This document shows, in pieces, positions 1-12,439 of a stretch of 64,000 nucleotides of DNA. Below the pieces are notes generated by a model. The model worked only from the letters and a program-made list of their open reading frames with translations, was not told the DNA's origin and searched no databases. The stretch spans positions 261,268,001 through 261,332,000 of the forward strand of contig OZ024742.1 of assembly GCA_964016885.1 (NCBI GenBank), read 5' to 3'. The DNA comes from Eledone cirrhosa (taxonomy: Eukaryota). Numbering within the stretch: the stretch's first letter is position 1; each line of letters opens with the position of its first letter. The position numbers were made by a program, and so were the translations under genes.

Positions 1-445
1 AGTTGATCTGTGGACTGCCAAACTCCAATGTCAGTATGACAATAACCCCTATTGTGGCACCCATACCCATAAGTGCCACATACTTCACAGCACGGCCCAG
101 TCGTTTGGCCTGTTGGTATCGTTTCTTGGCAAACGCTGTATCCGATTGCACTGCAAAACACAAAGAGAAAACACACATGTTACAAGCAGCTCAATTATAT
201 TGTTTTATGATAATTTTATATTCATTTTATGTTTTATGTCATATCTTATTTTAATTATTGCGTGTTTTATAATAATTTTAAACTTATTCCATGTTTTATT
301 AAAATTAATCTCTCTTGTATAACGCCCCTCCACTTCTCTCGTTGTAACATATCCTTGTCCAGCTACACATGTAATGCAATCCTATACTTATAATGTTTAC
401 AGTATTTCTTGTGCAAGAGTTTATGACTAATAAAGAAATCAATAT
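1..445 (+). mobile_element. 3' end of a LINE (probably L1/Tx1-like), runs off the window start
   Basis: Ends in ctaataaagaaatc, like the tail of the Tx1-like copy at 28735 (aataaagaaatc); weak coding remnant LGKRCIRLHCKTQ. Confidence 0.35.
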
Positions 446-689
446 TATTATATATATTAGTTGATAACGTAGAAATTCTACGATTTAATTAGAAACAAGC
501 ATAAAATATTAAAGATAAATTTGACATTTTAAACATTGTATTTTAAACATATATATTTATCAATAATATAATCACCTGGGATTTAAAACAAATTCTTCAG
601 TGTTACCTTTACTTTGCCACCGCTCTCTCAAACGCACACACATACTCATAATCCCTTTTCCATAAAACTTGTTATAGCGTGGGATTAAT

Positions 690-1505
690 GAAAAATCTCG
701 GCGTTGCCACTACCACCACTGCTTGTAACGGAAAAGAGCAATGGCGTTCTTGGGGTGGCTCTGAGCATTAACAAAAGTGAGGTTGCCGGTTTGTTTCAAT
801 GATTTTTGAGACGGGATTTCTATGGATAATTTCCAGTAGTCTTTTTATAGGCAGTGCTACATGATACCCTCTACATGCACAGTAGAGCCATCAGACCGGC
901 TTGTCCGAGATTCCCGCGAGGCGACGAAACCATTTTGCCCGCAGTCGTTCAATATCTAGGCATTACTCTCCTGTGAAGTAATATCAAACGACGCGTGTAC
1001 GACGTATCTGGTTATCAACCGTATCCATTGTAAAGATCGCTGCACCGCTCTTTTTTAATCGGAAATGGCTGGAAGTTTTTCTTTGTCTGGTGTCTATGGC
1101 AAAAGAAGTTATGTGGTGGGCAAGGATGTGAGAACTGAAGACCAACATTTTCCTCTTCGGTTAAGTTCTCATCGAATTTTCAAGTTATACTTAAAAGGTA
1201 AGAATGTAAGAGGAGGTGCTCTCCTTCAGTAAATTTTTCAAAAGATTGATGACTGTGGCGAAAATGGCAAGAGTGAATGGTTCCACTCTCAGTATGGGCC
1301 TGTACGTCGGAGAAAGACAAATAGATGAGTGACCGTGGTTTTGTGGAATTCCTTGAGGTTTCTGTCAGTATGACTGTTTATCATCATCATGTACACTAAG
1401 TATACCTCTTATTTTTCTTATCCGATATATGTAAACCCCACACGCTATATAACTTGTCTTTGTAATGTTCTATTCGGAATCCTTGCGGCCAATAGAAAAA
1501 AAAAA
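690..1505 (+). mobile_element. L1/Tx1-like LINE 3' fragment (ORF2 C-terminus, 3'UTR, A-tail)
   Basis: atggataatttccag (MDNFQ), cagtgctac and ccgaga..gacgaaacc match the ORF2 C-termini at 29.0-29.5 kb and 61.2-61.5 kb; A-run at about 1496-1505. Confidence 0.75.
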
Positions 1506-1524
1506 TATTAGTAGTATTTAAAGG

Positions 1525-2720
1525 GAGAAGACGTATTATTGTGAGCTCGTGTAAGTTTGTTGTTTTAACGTATTTAAATACTTTTGTTGTTAGTATTTTT
1601 CGTTACAAAGGGGGCATAAGAGTTTAGTCTTTGCCCTGAAGAGGGGAGTCCCCATAATATTTGGGCCTTTCGCCCAAATATTTGAACTTTAATTTGTGTT
1701 AGTACAAATATTTTTCTATTTAAAATATGGACAGAATACGCCCCTGGCGTTAAGCCAGCTGTTCAGTGACAGCGAATAAAACGTCGAGCAAAGTTACACT
1801 CCCCACCACCACCACTATTATGAAATCTAACACCAATTTAGGCAGTATTGCCAACAATAACAACTACAACAGCAGCACTAACAACAAAAACAAGACAAAT
1901 GAGAGCAGCAACGGGAATAATGACAACAACATCAACAATAACTGCAACACTAACAACAAGAACAGTGTCAAAACAAATGAGAACAACAATGACAACAATA
2001 CCACAAACAACTGCAACAATGACTGCAACACCAACGGTAACGTGAACAACGACAACACTAACAGCAGCAATAAAAAGCAGCAAAACAGAAGCAACGAAAA
2101 TAATGACAACAACAGCAGCACAACAACAAAATGAACAAAAAACAGCTGCAAAAAGTCAAACTTTATACACAACGGATTTAACAGAAGAGAAAGAACGTTT
2201 GGTTCAGGCGGTAAAGATCATCACCAGAGAAAAGACCTGAGCCAACTTAAACCCCCTGGCAGAGGTAATGACAGCAAAGAAAGGAGAACTCTGACATATA
2301 GATGCATTTCGGTGCAATCTCGCAAAGCCACCCCAGCACAAGTAGAGGCTGCACTGAAGTGCATCATAAACAACTTTGAGCACACAGCAAAGGCCAAACA
2401 ATTCGGGAACATCTCGGGGTTCTTCAAAACTGAAGCACTTGCTATCAAGCATTCGGTGGTCCCCTGCAAGTCGGACCAAATAGTTATGTACCCATCCTAC
2501 ATGGGGAGGAGGATAATAAGGGTCTGTGTTCCTAGGATCCCGCCATGACTGGACCTATGGCGGCTCCTCGACATGAAGTTCACAAAGCAGGAGAGGTGGA
2601 CATCTTCAATGCGAAACATGAAGGTTACATTGTCAGAGCTAAGGTGCGTGCTATAAGAAATGGGGGAAGGAAAGCCGTTTGATGGGTCCGTGTGGCGGAG
2701 GCGCAGCGTAGTAAACCCTA
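1525..2720 (+). mobile_element. L1/Tx1-like LINE 5' part: 5'UTR and Asn/Thr-rich ORF1 start joined to a short ORF2 piece
   Basis: 5'UTR and ORF1 (EAALKCI, QFGNIS, KTEALA, MYPSYMGRR) match 54140-55150 and 33230-33620; 2605-2700 encodes FNAKHEGYIVRAKVRA, matching ORF2 FDAKHESCVVRSRSRA. Confidence 0.7.
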
Positions 2721-2829
2721 AGTCACTCTAAGAAACACAACTAATACTATTTTTCTGACTACGATGTTTTTTAAACTGTATTTCTAATGGTAAACTTTTG
2801 CCGTGATATTTTGAGATTTTGAGGAGTGA

Positions 2830-3490
2830 TATATATATATATGACACTAAAAACCATACCATTTGTACTGCCTCTTTGTTCATTTATTCAACTATATATA
2901 TACTTCTAATTTCAAATTTTTCAATATACTTAATTGCAACAACACAGCTCGCCATTTTGATTCATATAAGCTTCCTCCTTTGCTGTGACTCATCTTTTTT
3001 CTCTTCCCTTTCTGCTATCCTCTCTCTCTCCCCCTTCTCTCTCTCCTTCTCCCTCTTACTTTCACTCACCCCCTTTGCTAGTCACCCTCTCTCGGAGCCT
3101 TTTCCTCGCACTTTCACTCACTCACTCTCTGCTACTCACCCTCTCTCACTTCCGCCATCGTCCAGCACTGTACGCGGTCTTTCTTCTCGCTCCCACTGCT
3201 ACGGTCAAGACGTTGTCTTTCTCTCCTCGTCAAAATTCGCCTGTTCTTATGTTCAAAATGAATTATTGACTTGATATTTTTCCTTTTTTCCTCTCTTTAC
3301 GTTGCTTCACCAATCGTGTCTGTTCACATGTCTTTCTCTTTCTCCACCCACTTCTTTTTATCCCAATAACTTATTTTAGTTATTGAATCGCCCTAGGCTG
3401 AGTTATTTTGTCTCTAACGCGAAGAAATACCTATGATGCCTAGTAGACAACTGATGATGGATAATCCTAACTTCTAATTTCTAATTTTTC

Positions 3491-3495
<5 letters not shown>
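2830..3495 (+). mobile_element. PLE-like tail fragments between (TA)n tracts, with a truncated hammerhead core
   Basis: catttgtactgcctct resembles PLE tails at 24520 and 47550; direct repeat acttctaatttc(a/t)aatttttca at about 2902 and 3470; CTGATGA-T-GGA-TAA-TCC at 3451 lacks GAAA. Confidence 0.4.

Positions 3496-3548
<53 letters not shown>
3493..3548. repeat. (TA)n microsatellite
   Basis: Seen directly. Confidence 0.95.
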
Positions 3549-3549
<1 letters not shown>

Positions 3550-4664
3550 TAGCAGCAGGACGCGGCGTTGCAACACGCATATGCAAAGATTAAGGAATGT
3601 AGCTGTGTAGTTTTTGAATTCCCTTATTCTCAGCGAATGATTGTTCATCTACTGGAAACGTAGAACACCAGCAGTAGCAGTGTCAGTGGGCTGATTGTGG
3701 AAATCCTGTAAGCAAAAGGAGTAAGTGTTGTGGGGCGATGTATGTCACAAGTCTGTTCACGAATTACGTCACGGATAGGGAACACACGTCAGTCTGAAGG
3801 AGCGACGTAGTCAATTATGTGAAAACCAAGTAGGGATGTACGTTTAAGTAGGGATGTTGTGATGACAAAATCAGTGTGGCAACGCAGCTGCAGCAGAGGG
3901 GGTCATAGTGCAATTAACACAAATGCTGGCCGGCATTGGTTGCACTGCGTTTACACAGCAACAAAGGTGCGACAAAAAGGGGTCATCGCGGAATTAGCAC
4001 AACTTCTGTCCGGCGTACTTGCGCAGGGCATTCATGCTGCGGTGTAGGTGCAACAAAAGGGGTCTTAGTAGAAGTAGCACAGACGTGAATTTTACGGTGT
4101 CAATAACATGTCAACGTACACAGGGCTCGGATTTGCACGTGATGAAAGCACGAAACGTCAACAGGGCGCCTACAAAATTTTAAGGTCCTCCTCATTTCCT
4201 CAATCCCCCGAAAATGGTCCTGCTTAAAAGTAAGTACGGGTTGTGTCCTCTGTTAAATAAACCAAATTTTTAACGAAATATTATACGCTACTTACGATGT
4301 TTAAGTAACGTTTATATTGAAAATGAAAATGGCATGTAATACCCAATGCTAATTCGTAAATTTCCTAGAAACCATTAATGGAATCGGAATTTTTTTTTGT
4401 CCACGGCAATGCGAGGGGACTAATTAATGTGTGCTGCAAATTCCGAGGAAATCAGCTGGATTATCTTTAAGTTATGCCTCAAAAAAGCCAAAAAATGCCT
4501 AATGAGGGCCCTAGGGCAGCAAAAGTTAAAAAATGTTTTAGCCCATTGCGCTTCAAGAAATATAAGTAACGCATGTATAAAGTTTGAAAAAAATCGGTCG
4601 GGTACTTCTCGAGTTTTCGGGATTTACACAGAGAAACAGACACATCGTGTTTTATGTATAGAGA
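3549..4664 (-). mobile_element. Non-autonomous Helitron
   Basis: Minus strand starts A|TCTCTATACATAAAA and ends CTAG|T with a subterminal palindrome GTTGCAAC; no TSD; three diverged ~80 bp internal repeats at 3890-4085. Confidence 0.7.
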
Positions 4665-4719
4665 TATATTTATATCACCCGCCGATGAAGCTACATGCGC
4701 CGATTGTGCATTGTTGCAT

Positions 4720-5160
4720 AATAAATGTAGACAGTAGACGATGTACGCTCTCTTGCGTGGGCGATCTCTCAGGGTCACCCCTGTGGTTCTCAAGGCAGGA
4801 AGTAAGATATAAATAGCCTGTTTTAGATCAAGCGGCAAGCAGTTCTCAGCAGCTCTTGATAGAATAAACATGTAGACTATTTCTTCCTACAGACCCTTTT
4901 GGGGTCTTATAGACTCTTACTCTCTCTCTCTTTCACCCAATCTCTATCTCTTGGTCTCTCTCCTAATCAAGCCAGTGAAGTTTATGTAGTTTTCTTGGTA
5001 AATACAATTTAATTCTACTTTTACAAACAAATAACGTACATAATCCCTGTCTATTTTTCGTATAGCTCTTGCGTGAGTTATTTTCAATAAATTAATAATA
5101 TAGCGATTTGGTGTCATCGTGGTTCATTTATATATATTCATTTTCTGCGTGATCAAGAAA
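4720..5160 (+). mobile_element. Possible solo LTR
   Basis: TATAAATAG at about 4808, AATAAA at 4863 and 5085, tggtgtca (PBS-like) at about 5109; no second copy in the window. Confidence 0.2.
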
Positions 5161-5344
5161 CTATCATATTATCATCATCTTATTGAACACTTACTCAGTT
5201 ACCTGCACACATGTAACCTCTGGTCACACTGTAGCACACAACAGTGGCCGCACGACACAGCAAGTTACAAGTGAGCACACACGCAACAAACGAATTAACA
5301 CCACAATAACATCAACTCACCACCTCGACCAAACAAATAAGCAC

Positions 5345-5763
5345 TATACATACATACATGCATGGTGGCTGCCAACTCGTTTTCGAGTACGGCCACTACT
5401 TTATATCCATGTAGGAGAACCCCTACCGATGCGTTGAACGAGTGTGACTTTTTAGTCCAGCCAGCGACTTGAAAACTCTGGTACAAACACTACACTTGTG
5501 ACAATTATTGACACATAGTGCTGGGCCCATGGTACCATGTGACGACAAGTGCAGAGAGATCTCCAGATATAAAGCAATGCCTGTGCCGTGAAGCTTTTAT
5601 AGTGAGCAAAGGCACTGCACAAAGCCAGTCCCACTCTCTTAACCAAGATGATATTTACCAAAAAGAAGAGCAAGTCAACATCATTGGATACCATCAGAGT
5701 TGCAGGTGTTTTCCTTCTCCTAGAATTCTGCTTTGACAAAGGCTAAGGGGTCATCTCTCCCGG
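5345..5763 (-). mobile_element. Bipartite non-autonomous RTE derivative, 5'-truncated, (ATGT)n tail
   Basis: Near-identical to 48418-48832; C2H2-like end CHKCSVCTRVFKSLAGLKSH; RTE-type 5' motif tctaggagaaggaaaa. Confidence 0.7.
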
Positions 5764-5899
5764 ATGTACATACATACATACACTATCGATAATAATAATA
5801 ATTGAAGAAATAATAATAATAATCGAAGAAATTTGACACCACGTGTACCATCCGAGTCTACCTCGACTGTTGTGGAAATACTATCGATAATTATAATAA

Positions 5900-8800
5900 T
5901 CAAAAGTATAAACAATTGAAAATTTCCCTCAATGAAATCTTCCAGAGAGAAATTAATTCATGTATCTCTCTTGCTGAACGTATTAAAACGACAATGTTTA
6001 ATAAAAAAACAAATAATGAAATATTACGTGTTATTGACGAAATAGGGATGAATATTTACGACGGATAAAAACCCCAACATTTTGCCAAATCAACGCCTGT
6101 TTATATGCCTTAGCATGAACAAGAACAGAGCACCACCAAAAATACCATCATATATAACTAAAATAGAAAAAAAGATTGCTGACCTACGAAAAACCATAGG
6201 ATATGTGACAATGCTCCTTACATGCAAACAACACAAAAAAACCTCACTCCTCACCAACAAAGAGTGAAAAATAAAATAGAGACGATGTTTGGTAACAGTA
6301 GAACCAGAACTCTCCAATATAAGCTGATCACCCTCAAACAAGAATTGAGAGCTGTTAGCGAAAAACGCCGATACCCGAAGAAGGTAGATGAGAGAAAAGT
6401 GCTTAATAAAAGATTCAGACGAAACCAAACATCAGTCTATAGAGATATGAAGGGCAAAATAATAAGTGTCACTGAGGCCCCACCCAGAAAGACATAGATT
6501 CCTTTTGAAGCAAAATATGGGGTGAAAAGAAGAATTTCAACCAAGATGCAGTGTGGCTAAGAGAAATCCGAAAGAACTATTGCTCCTACACTACAACAAA
6601 AACATACGAAATAAGTGAGGGTACCCTTGAGACTGTGATAGGAAAATTCCAAGATAAAAAAACACCAGGAAGAGACATGATTGTCGGCTACTGGTACAAA
6701 AAACTGATATTATATCGGAGGTATCTTACTGACCTCTACCAACAAGTTCTTAAGGGAGATACACTTATACCAGAATGGTTGACATTAGCACAAACATTAC
6801 TGGTCCCCAAGAACAAAGACACCCACTTGGCAAAAAACTACCGACCCATTGCATGCCAGAAGCTGGTGTATAAGATGTATACAGCCTGCCTGAACCTATT
6901 CCTCCAAGATCACTGTGAAAATAATAACATCATCACAGATGAACAAGCAGCTGGAAAGAAAGGGTTTGGGGGATGTGCTGAACAACTCCTAATCAACAAA
7001 ACTGCGATGTCGGAGGTGCGACAACTTAGGAGGAATATAGCTACAGTCTGGCTGGACTACAGGAAAGCTTTCGATACTGTTCCCTACTCTTGGATGATAG
7101 AGGCCCTCCAACTTGCTAAAGTCCTAGACATTATTGTCAGAGCCATAGAGAGGCTGTCTTCTTCTTGGGCTACTATCCTAAGGTTAAAGACAGAGAGGGA
7201 GGACTCTATTTTCACTGATAAAATAAAATATTGCAGGGGTATATTTCAGGGGGAACAGTCTCTCTGTGATATTATTCATCTTGTCATTAAACCCCTTGTC
7301 TTTTCTGCTCAAGAAATGTGAGGGATACATCATTGGCTCACAGGAAGACAGAAATACGAACCTAACCCTTAATTTCTTTGTGGACGATCTGAAACTATAT
7401 GCCAAGAACATGGATGGGATGAAGAAAAATCTTGACCTGGTTACAACGTTCTCAAAGGATATAGGAATGGAGTTTGGTCAAGATAAATGCTCATACATGA
7501 CTGTAAAGCGGGGAAAAAAAACAACCCAATCTAGCAGCATTGTCATCAATGGCCTAACTGTTTCACCGATATCTGATGACGACTGCTACAGATACTTGGG
7601 GATAGACGAGAACATATCCTATAATGGTATCTGTAATAAAGAACGCGTAACCAGGGAATACTACACCCGATTAAGAAAGATCTGGTCATCGGAACTCTCT
7701 GCGCAAAACAAAACAGTGGCTCACAATGTGTTTGCTGTGCCTGTCCTAACACCAACGTTTGGAATACTCAATTGGACAATAGACGAAATCCGAGCAGTTG
7801 ATGTTAGAACTCGAAAAATGCTAAACAACACCGGAAACTTCCACATCAACAGTGACATAGACCGCCTTTACTTGAAAGGTAAGCAGGGAGGCAGAGGCCT
7901 AACATCAGTCCAGACAACATTTAAATGTCGCATCATATCCCTCCGGATATGATGCCAGGAAGCTCCAGAATGAGAGTAATATAGATAAGGAAAGTATTCT
8001 ATCTTGGACCAACAACCGCTATATTGGCTCCCACTTTGAAGGATACGCTTTTGCAATCCAGGAACAGGAGATTAACACGAAATACCTGATTCACAAAAGA
8101 GATAGGGATGCAGGCAAAACACCTAGATGTGATAACAAGTGCAGACCCTGCAGAACTAATATCGAGGATATCACCCATGTCATCAGCAGCTGTCCAAAGA
8201 TGTCATCGCGGTACTATCTACCTATGAGGCATGATGTAGTGGCCAAAACACTGTACAATGCAGTTCGTAAAAAAGATAACCCCGATAATAAACACATTAA
8301 AAGCTACAGCAATGTGGAAGACATCCATGAACAGAATATGAAAGAGTACTGGTGGAATGTTCCAGTAAAAACCCCAATAAAATGCAGGCATAACAGACCA
8401 GATATTATGATATGGGACAGGGAGAAGAAAGCATGCACAGTAGTGGAAATTAGCTGCCCAGCGGATGCCAATATAATATCAAAGATTAGTGAAAAGGAGA
8501 ATATTTATGCAGAACTGATGAGAAATCTGCAGATACTCCACCCTGATTACACCTTCAGATTTATGCCTGTGATTATTGGGGCACTGGGGTATGTTAGTAA
8601 CTGCCTCAAAACAAATCTTGAGAAGCTAGGCTTCACAGGAACAGAAAGAACACAACTAGTTAGGAAATTACAAGTACAATCCATTAATGGAACAGTAAAA
8701 ATATGTAAAACATTCCAAAAATTTGCATCTAATAACTGCATATACACATGTACAGATGCAAAGCATATACACATGCTCACATACAACTCAAAACATCCAC

Positions 8801-8962
8801 ATCCACACATACAATAACATCCATAGCTACACATGCATGCATACATACATATCTACCTAGTTGATGTTGTGTAAATTCCAATGAGAGAGTCTTGTGTCTA
8901 TGTTAGAAACCGACTCTATTGGTAAAACTTTGTGAAATTATAAAACCAGAAGAACATACATA
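5900..8962 (+). mobile_element. R4/Dong-like non-LTR retrotransposon (R2 group, restriction-like endonuclease)
   Basis: RT motifs NYRPIAC, WLDYRKAFD, GIFQG, FFVDDLKLYA, YRYLG; CCHC knuckle CRPC..HVISSC; RHD; RLE motif HNRPDIMIWD..VEISCP; bordered by TACA repeats. Confidence 0.9.
6082..8817 (+). pseudogene. Disrupted RT - zinc knuckle - RLE ORF of the R4/Dong-like element
   Basis: ORF pieces 6082-6267, 6222-6497, 6551-7321, 7266-7952 and 8200-8817 linked by frameshifts and a probable internal deletion near 7950-8050. Confidence 0.85.
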
Positions 8963-9024
8963 CATACATACATACATACATACATACATACATACATACA
9001 TACATACATACATACATACATACA
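8955..9024. repeat. (TACA)n microsatellite
   Basis: Seen directly. Confidence 0.95.
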
Positions 9025-9029
9025 TCGCT

Positions 9030-9250
9030 GACTGAACACATGTACTTCTCTCCACCAAATTCCTTTTCCGTTCCTTTCTCTCCCCACTCTCTATATTTCT
9101 ATTTCTTCTTTTATTTCTTTTTCTATCTTATGGTGAAGGACTAGTATCAGAAACATAAAGATTCTTTTCCTACTATATCAAGCGTTAAACTAATATATTT
9201 CTTCAGTGTACTGTATTATTTTCTTGGTTATTTCCGTTTACTTTGCATAT
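9030..9250 (+). mobile_element. PLE-like tail, family X, decayed hammerhead
   Basis: atggtgaaggactagtatcagaaacataaag then ttttcctactatatcaagcgttaaactaata matches 24847-24912 and 52222-52290; runs into (TA)n. Confidence 0.55.
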
Positions 9251-9373
9251 ATATATATATATGTATATATATATTCACGTACGCACATACACACGCATAT
9301 ATATATATGTATACATATTCACGCACGCGCACACACACACGCATATATATATATGCGTGTGTGTGTGTGTATG

Positions 9374-9399
<26 letters not shown>

Positions 9400-9406
<7 letters not shown>

Positions 9407-9750
9407 TTATATATGTATATATGTATATGTACACACTCATATATGTATATGTATACACACCCAACGACACTTACACATATACACACGTCTACATTTATAT
9501 ATATATACATATACACACATACGTATATGTGCACACACGCACACACACACACATATATATATATATATTGAGAGAGAGAGGGGGGGGGAGGGAGAGAGAA
9601 ATGTATATATATATATATTTATATATGTATATATGTATATATGTATATGTACACACACATATATGTATATGTATACACACCCAACGACACACACACATAT
9701 ACACACGTCTACATTTATATATATATACATATACACACATACGTATATGT

Positions 9751-9810
<60 letters not shown>

Positions 9811-9840
9811 TGAGAGAGGAGGGGGAGAGGGAGAGAGAAA
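9400..9840. repeat. Tandem duplication of a ~220-240 bp complex microsatellite unit
   Basis: Anchors cccaacgacac, cacgtctacattt, catacgtatatgtgcac and tattgagaga each occur twice in the same order. Confidence 0.85.
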
Positions 9841-10245
9841 TGGATAGGATGAAAAAGATTAGGATTCATCTTCATCTACCTACGCACATATACATATATT
9901 CATAAATCTCCATGTATACACACACACTCACGCTTACAATCATACAGCCATCTTTATATATTTATCCTGTTCACGAGTACTTGTATTTGTGTGTACAACG
10001 AACACTAAGCATTTAATAACTTCTTCGTAAAACCTTTGTAGTTTTTATCCAGGTCGTATGAGGTTTGCGATCTCCCACTCCTAAATGTTCAGCTTATATT
10101 AAAGACGAGTATAGCTGCCTATGTGATTATAAGACATATTTTATGACGCTGGGCACTTTGTAGCAGCAAGTTGTCTGTAGTGACCCTGACACGCATTAAA
10201 AATATTGGGGTTGATTTTCGTTGAATGGTAGAATGCGTTTAAAAC

Positions 10246-10471
<226 letters not shown>

Positions 10472-10489
10472 AACACATGTATATATTTA

Positions 10490-10925
10490 TAATTTGGGAG
10501 GGTCATGCTGCCAATAAAAACACTCGCACCTGTTGGATTTCACTTCAATTTAATATAAATTTCAAGTTGGTTGGTTGGTTCGATAACCGGATGGTTGTTT
10601 ATATATTGTCAAAGATCTTTCGTCACACATTCTGTAACCTCCTCAGTGACTAGGTTTTTATTTTGTGTCTGTGCTTTTTTCTCTCCTACACCATCTTGTA
10701 TTTGTGTTCTGTGTGTTGAAAGAACGTGTGACGAAAGAGCTTTAACAATATATAAACAACCATCCGGTTATCGAACCAACCAGTCGAAAATTTATAATAA
10801 ATTGAAGTGAAAACCAACAGGTGCGAGTGTTTTTATTGGCAACATGACCCTCCCAAAGTATAACAATATCTGTTTCAACACATGTTTTCAGATAAGAAAT
10901 CATGCAAAACAAATTCAAAAACGAA
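10490..10925. mobile_element. Fold-back element, copy 1
   Basis: ~140 bp inverted arms (10493-10633 and 10720-10857), ~85 bp spacer, one-sided ~65 bp extension; second copy at 52375-52772. Confidence 0.8.
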
Positions 10926-10997
10926 GTACACACACATATATATACATATATATACACATTCGTATGTATATACGGCTAACAGAACACATACGTATTT

Positions 10998-11056
<59 letters not shown>

Positions 11057-11244
11057 TTATTTATTCAGTTAATATCGATATCCAAGGAGTAATTTTAAAG
11101 AAAACGAAAATGTATATACATTCACCCTCTATTGCATTTCTAACAAATGAAATTGAACATTAAAATCATCACCAATCAACAATAGATTATCCTAAATTCC
11201 TCTAGCACACCTGAAATCTACTAATGGCATGGTGGACGCAGCAA

Positions 11245-11580
11245 CACCGAATGGTTAAGGAGTTCGCTTCACAATCATTAAATTCCTGGTTCGATCCCAT
11301 TCTGTCGCATCTTGGGCAAGTGTTTTTGACCATAGTCGACCCATAATGAAATTAGGTAGATAGAAATTGCTCGGAAGCCCGCCAACTGGACTATACCTGT
11401 AACTGAAAGGGCTAGCCGCGTCACACACTCTCACGCTGAATCTTCCTGAGAATTGCATTATGAGTATACATCTGTCATGCTCAACCATTTGCACGTAAAT
11501 GTTATGAACAGGCTGTTCCGTTGCTCGAACAAGTGGAACATTTATCGTCGAAACCGACGGAGGTTAATGATCCATTTGAA
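11245..11580 (+). mobile_element. tRNA-derived SINE, family B
   Basis: A-box-like tggttaagg, B box ggttcgatccc, cttgggcaag; body cacgctgaatcttcctgagaatt shared with 27195, 35095, 39835 and 52915. Confidence 0.7.
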
Positions 11581-11889
11581 ACCAATTTTCTCAAGCTACA
11601 ACCAACCAAAGCACAGATTAAATAACAAACGTTTTAATCTTTTCTTTGTTTTATCTGCCATCATATTATATTTTTCGGCAGCCGCCATTTTAGAAGAGAT
11701 AAAAAAAAATGATGCAATTTTTTTTCCGCTTCACGCAAATGTATTTTTTTCTTTCTAGTAATGAAAGTTCCTGCGATTCGAACATTTCTGCTTAATTTTT
11801 ATTTTTTATTCTTGTGAAAATCTAAGAAAAAGATCGAATGTAAATATTATTTTCCAGTTTTAGGTTTTATTCACTGAGATTAATTATTT

Positions 11890-12125
11890 TATCGTCATCA
11901 TCACCATTATCATCATCATCGTCACCATAATCATCACCACCATCCACCACCATCACAACCACCACCACTACAATCCTCATCATCATCACCATCATCACCA
12001 TCATCACCATCATTAATAATAATTATAATAATAATAATAATAATTATTATTATTATTGTTGTTGTTGTTGTTGTTATTGTTATTGTTGTTGCCGCTGCAG
12101 CTGCTCCCCCTCCTCCTCCTCATCA

Positions 12126-12210
<85 letters not shown>
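11890..12210. repeat. Compound trinucleotide microsatellite (CAT/CAC/AAT/GTT/ACT)
   Basis: Seen directly. Confidence 0.95.
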
Positions 12211-12439
12211 CGTTAAATGTTTATATGTATTCATGTTTAAAATCGATTTGCTTCCAGCAATTTGACTTTTATGTTTTCATATCATTGTTGTTGTTGTTTA
12301 AATTCTGGGTCAGCACTGATCGATCAGGTCTATAGTATAAGGTATCAAAGATGTGACCAAACACGGCCTGCAGTAAATCTAGGACTGCATTGTTCGGTGT
12401 GACCGTATTGTATTTTTAAGACGCTAGTAGTGTAATTTG

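Noticed and set aside
1637-1660. CTGAAGA-GGGG-agt-CCCC as a hammerhead
   Set aside because: Followed by ATAA, not GAAA, and the homolog at 54260 lacks the core.
1766-2134. Asn-rich 122 aa ORF as a host gene
   Set aside because: Low-complexity start of LINE ORF1, matched at 54.4-54.7 kb.
10862-10895. Minus-strand CTGAAAA..GAAAC in the fold-back extension as a hammerhead
   Set aside because: G8 is missing in both copies, and the segment folds more simply as an ATCTG/CAGAT hairpin.
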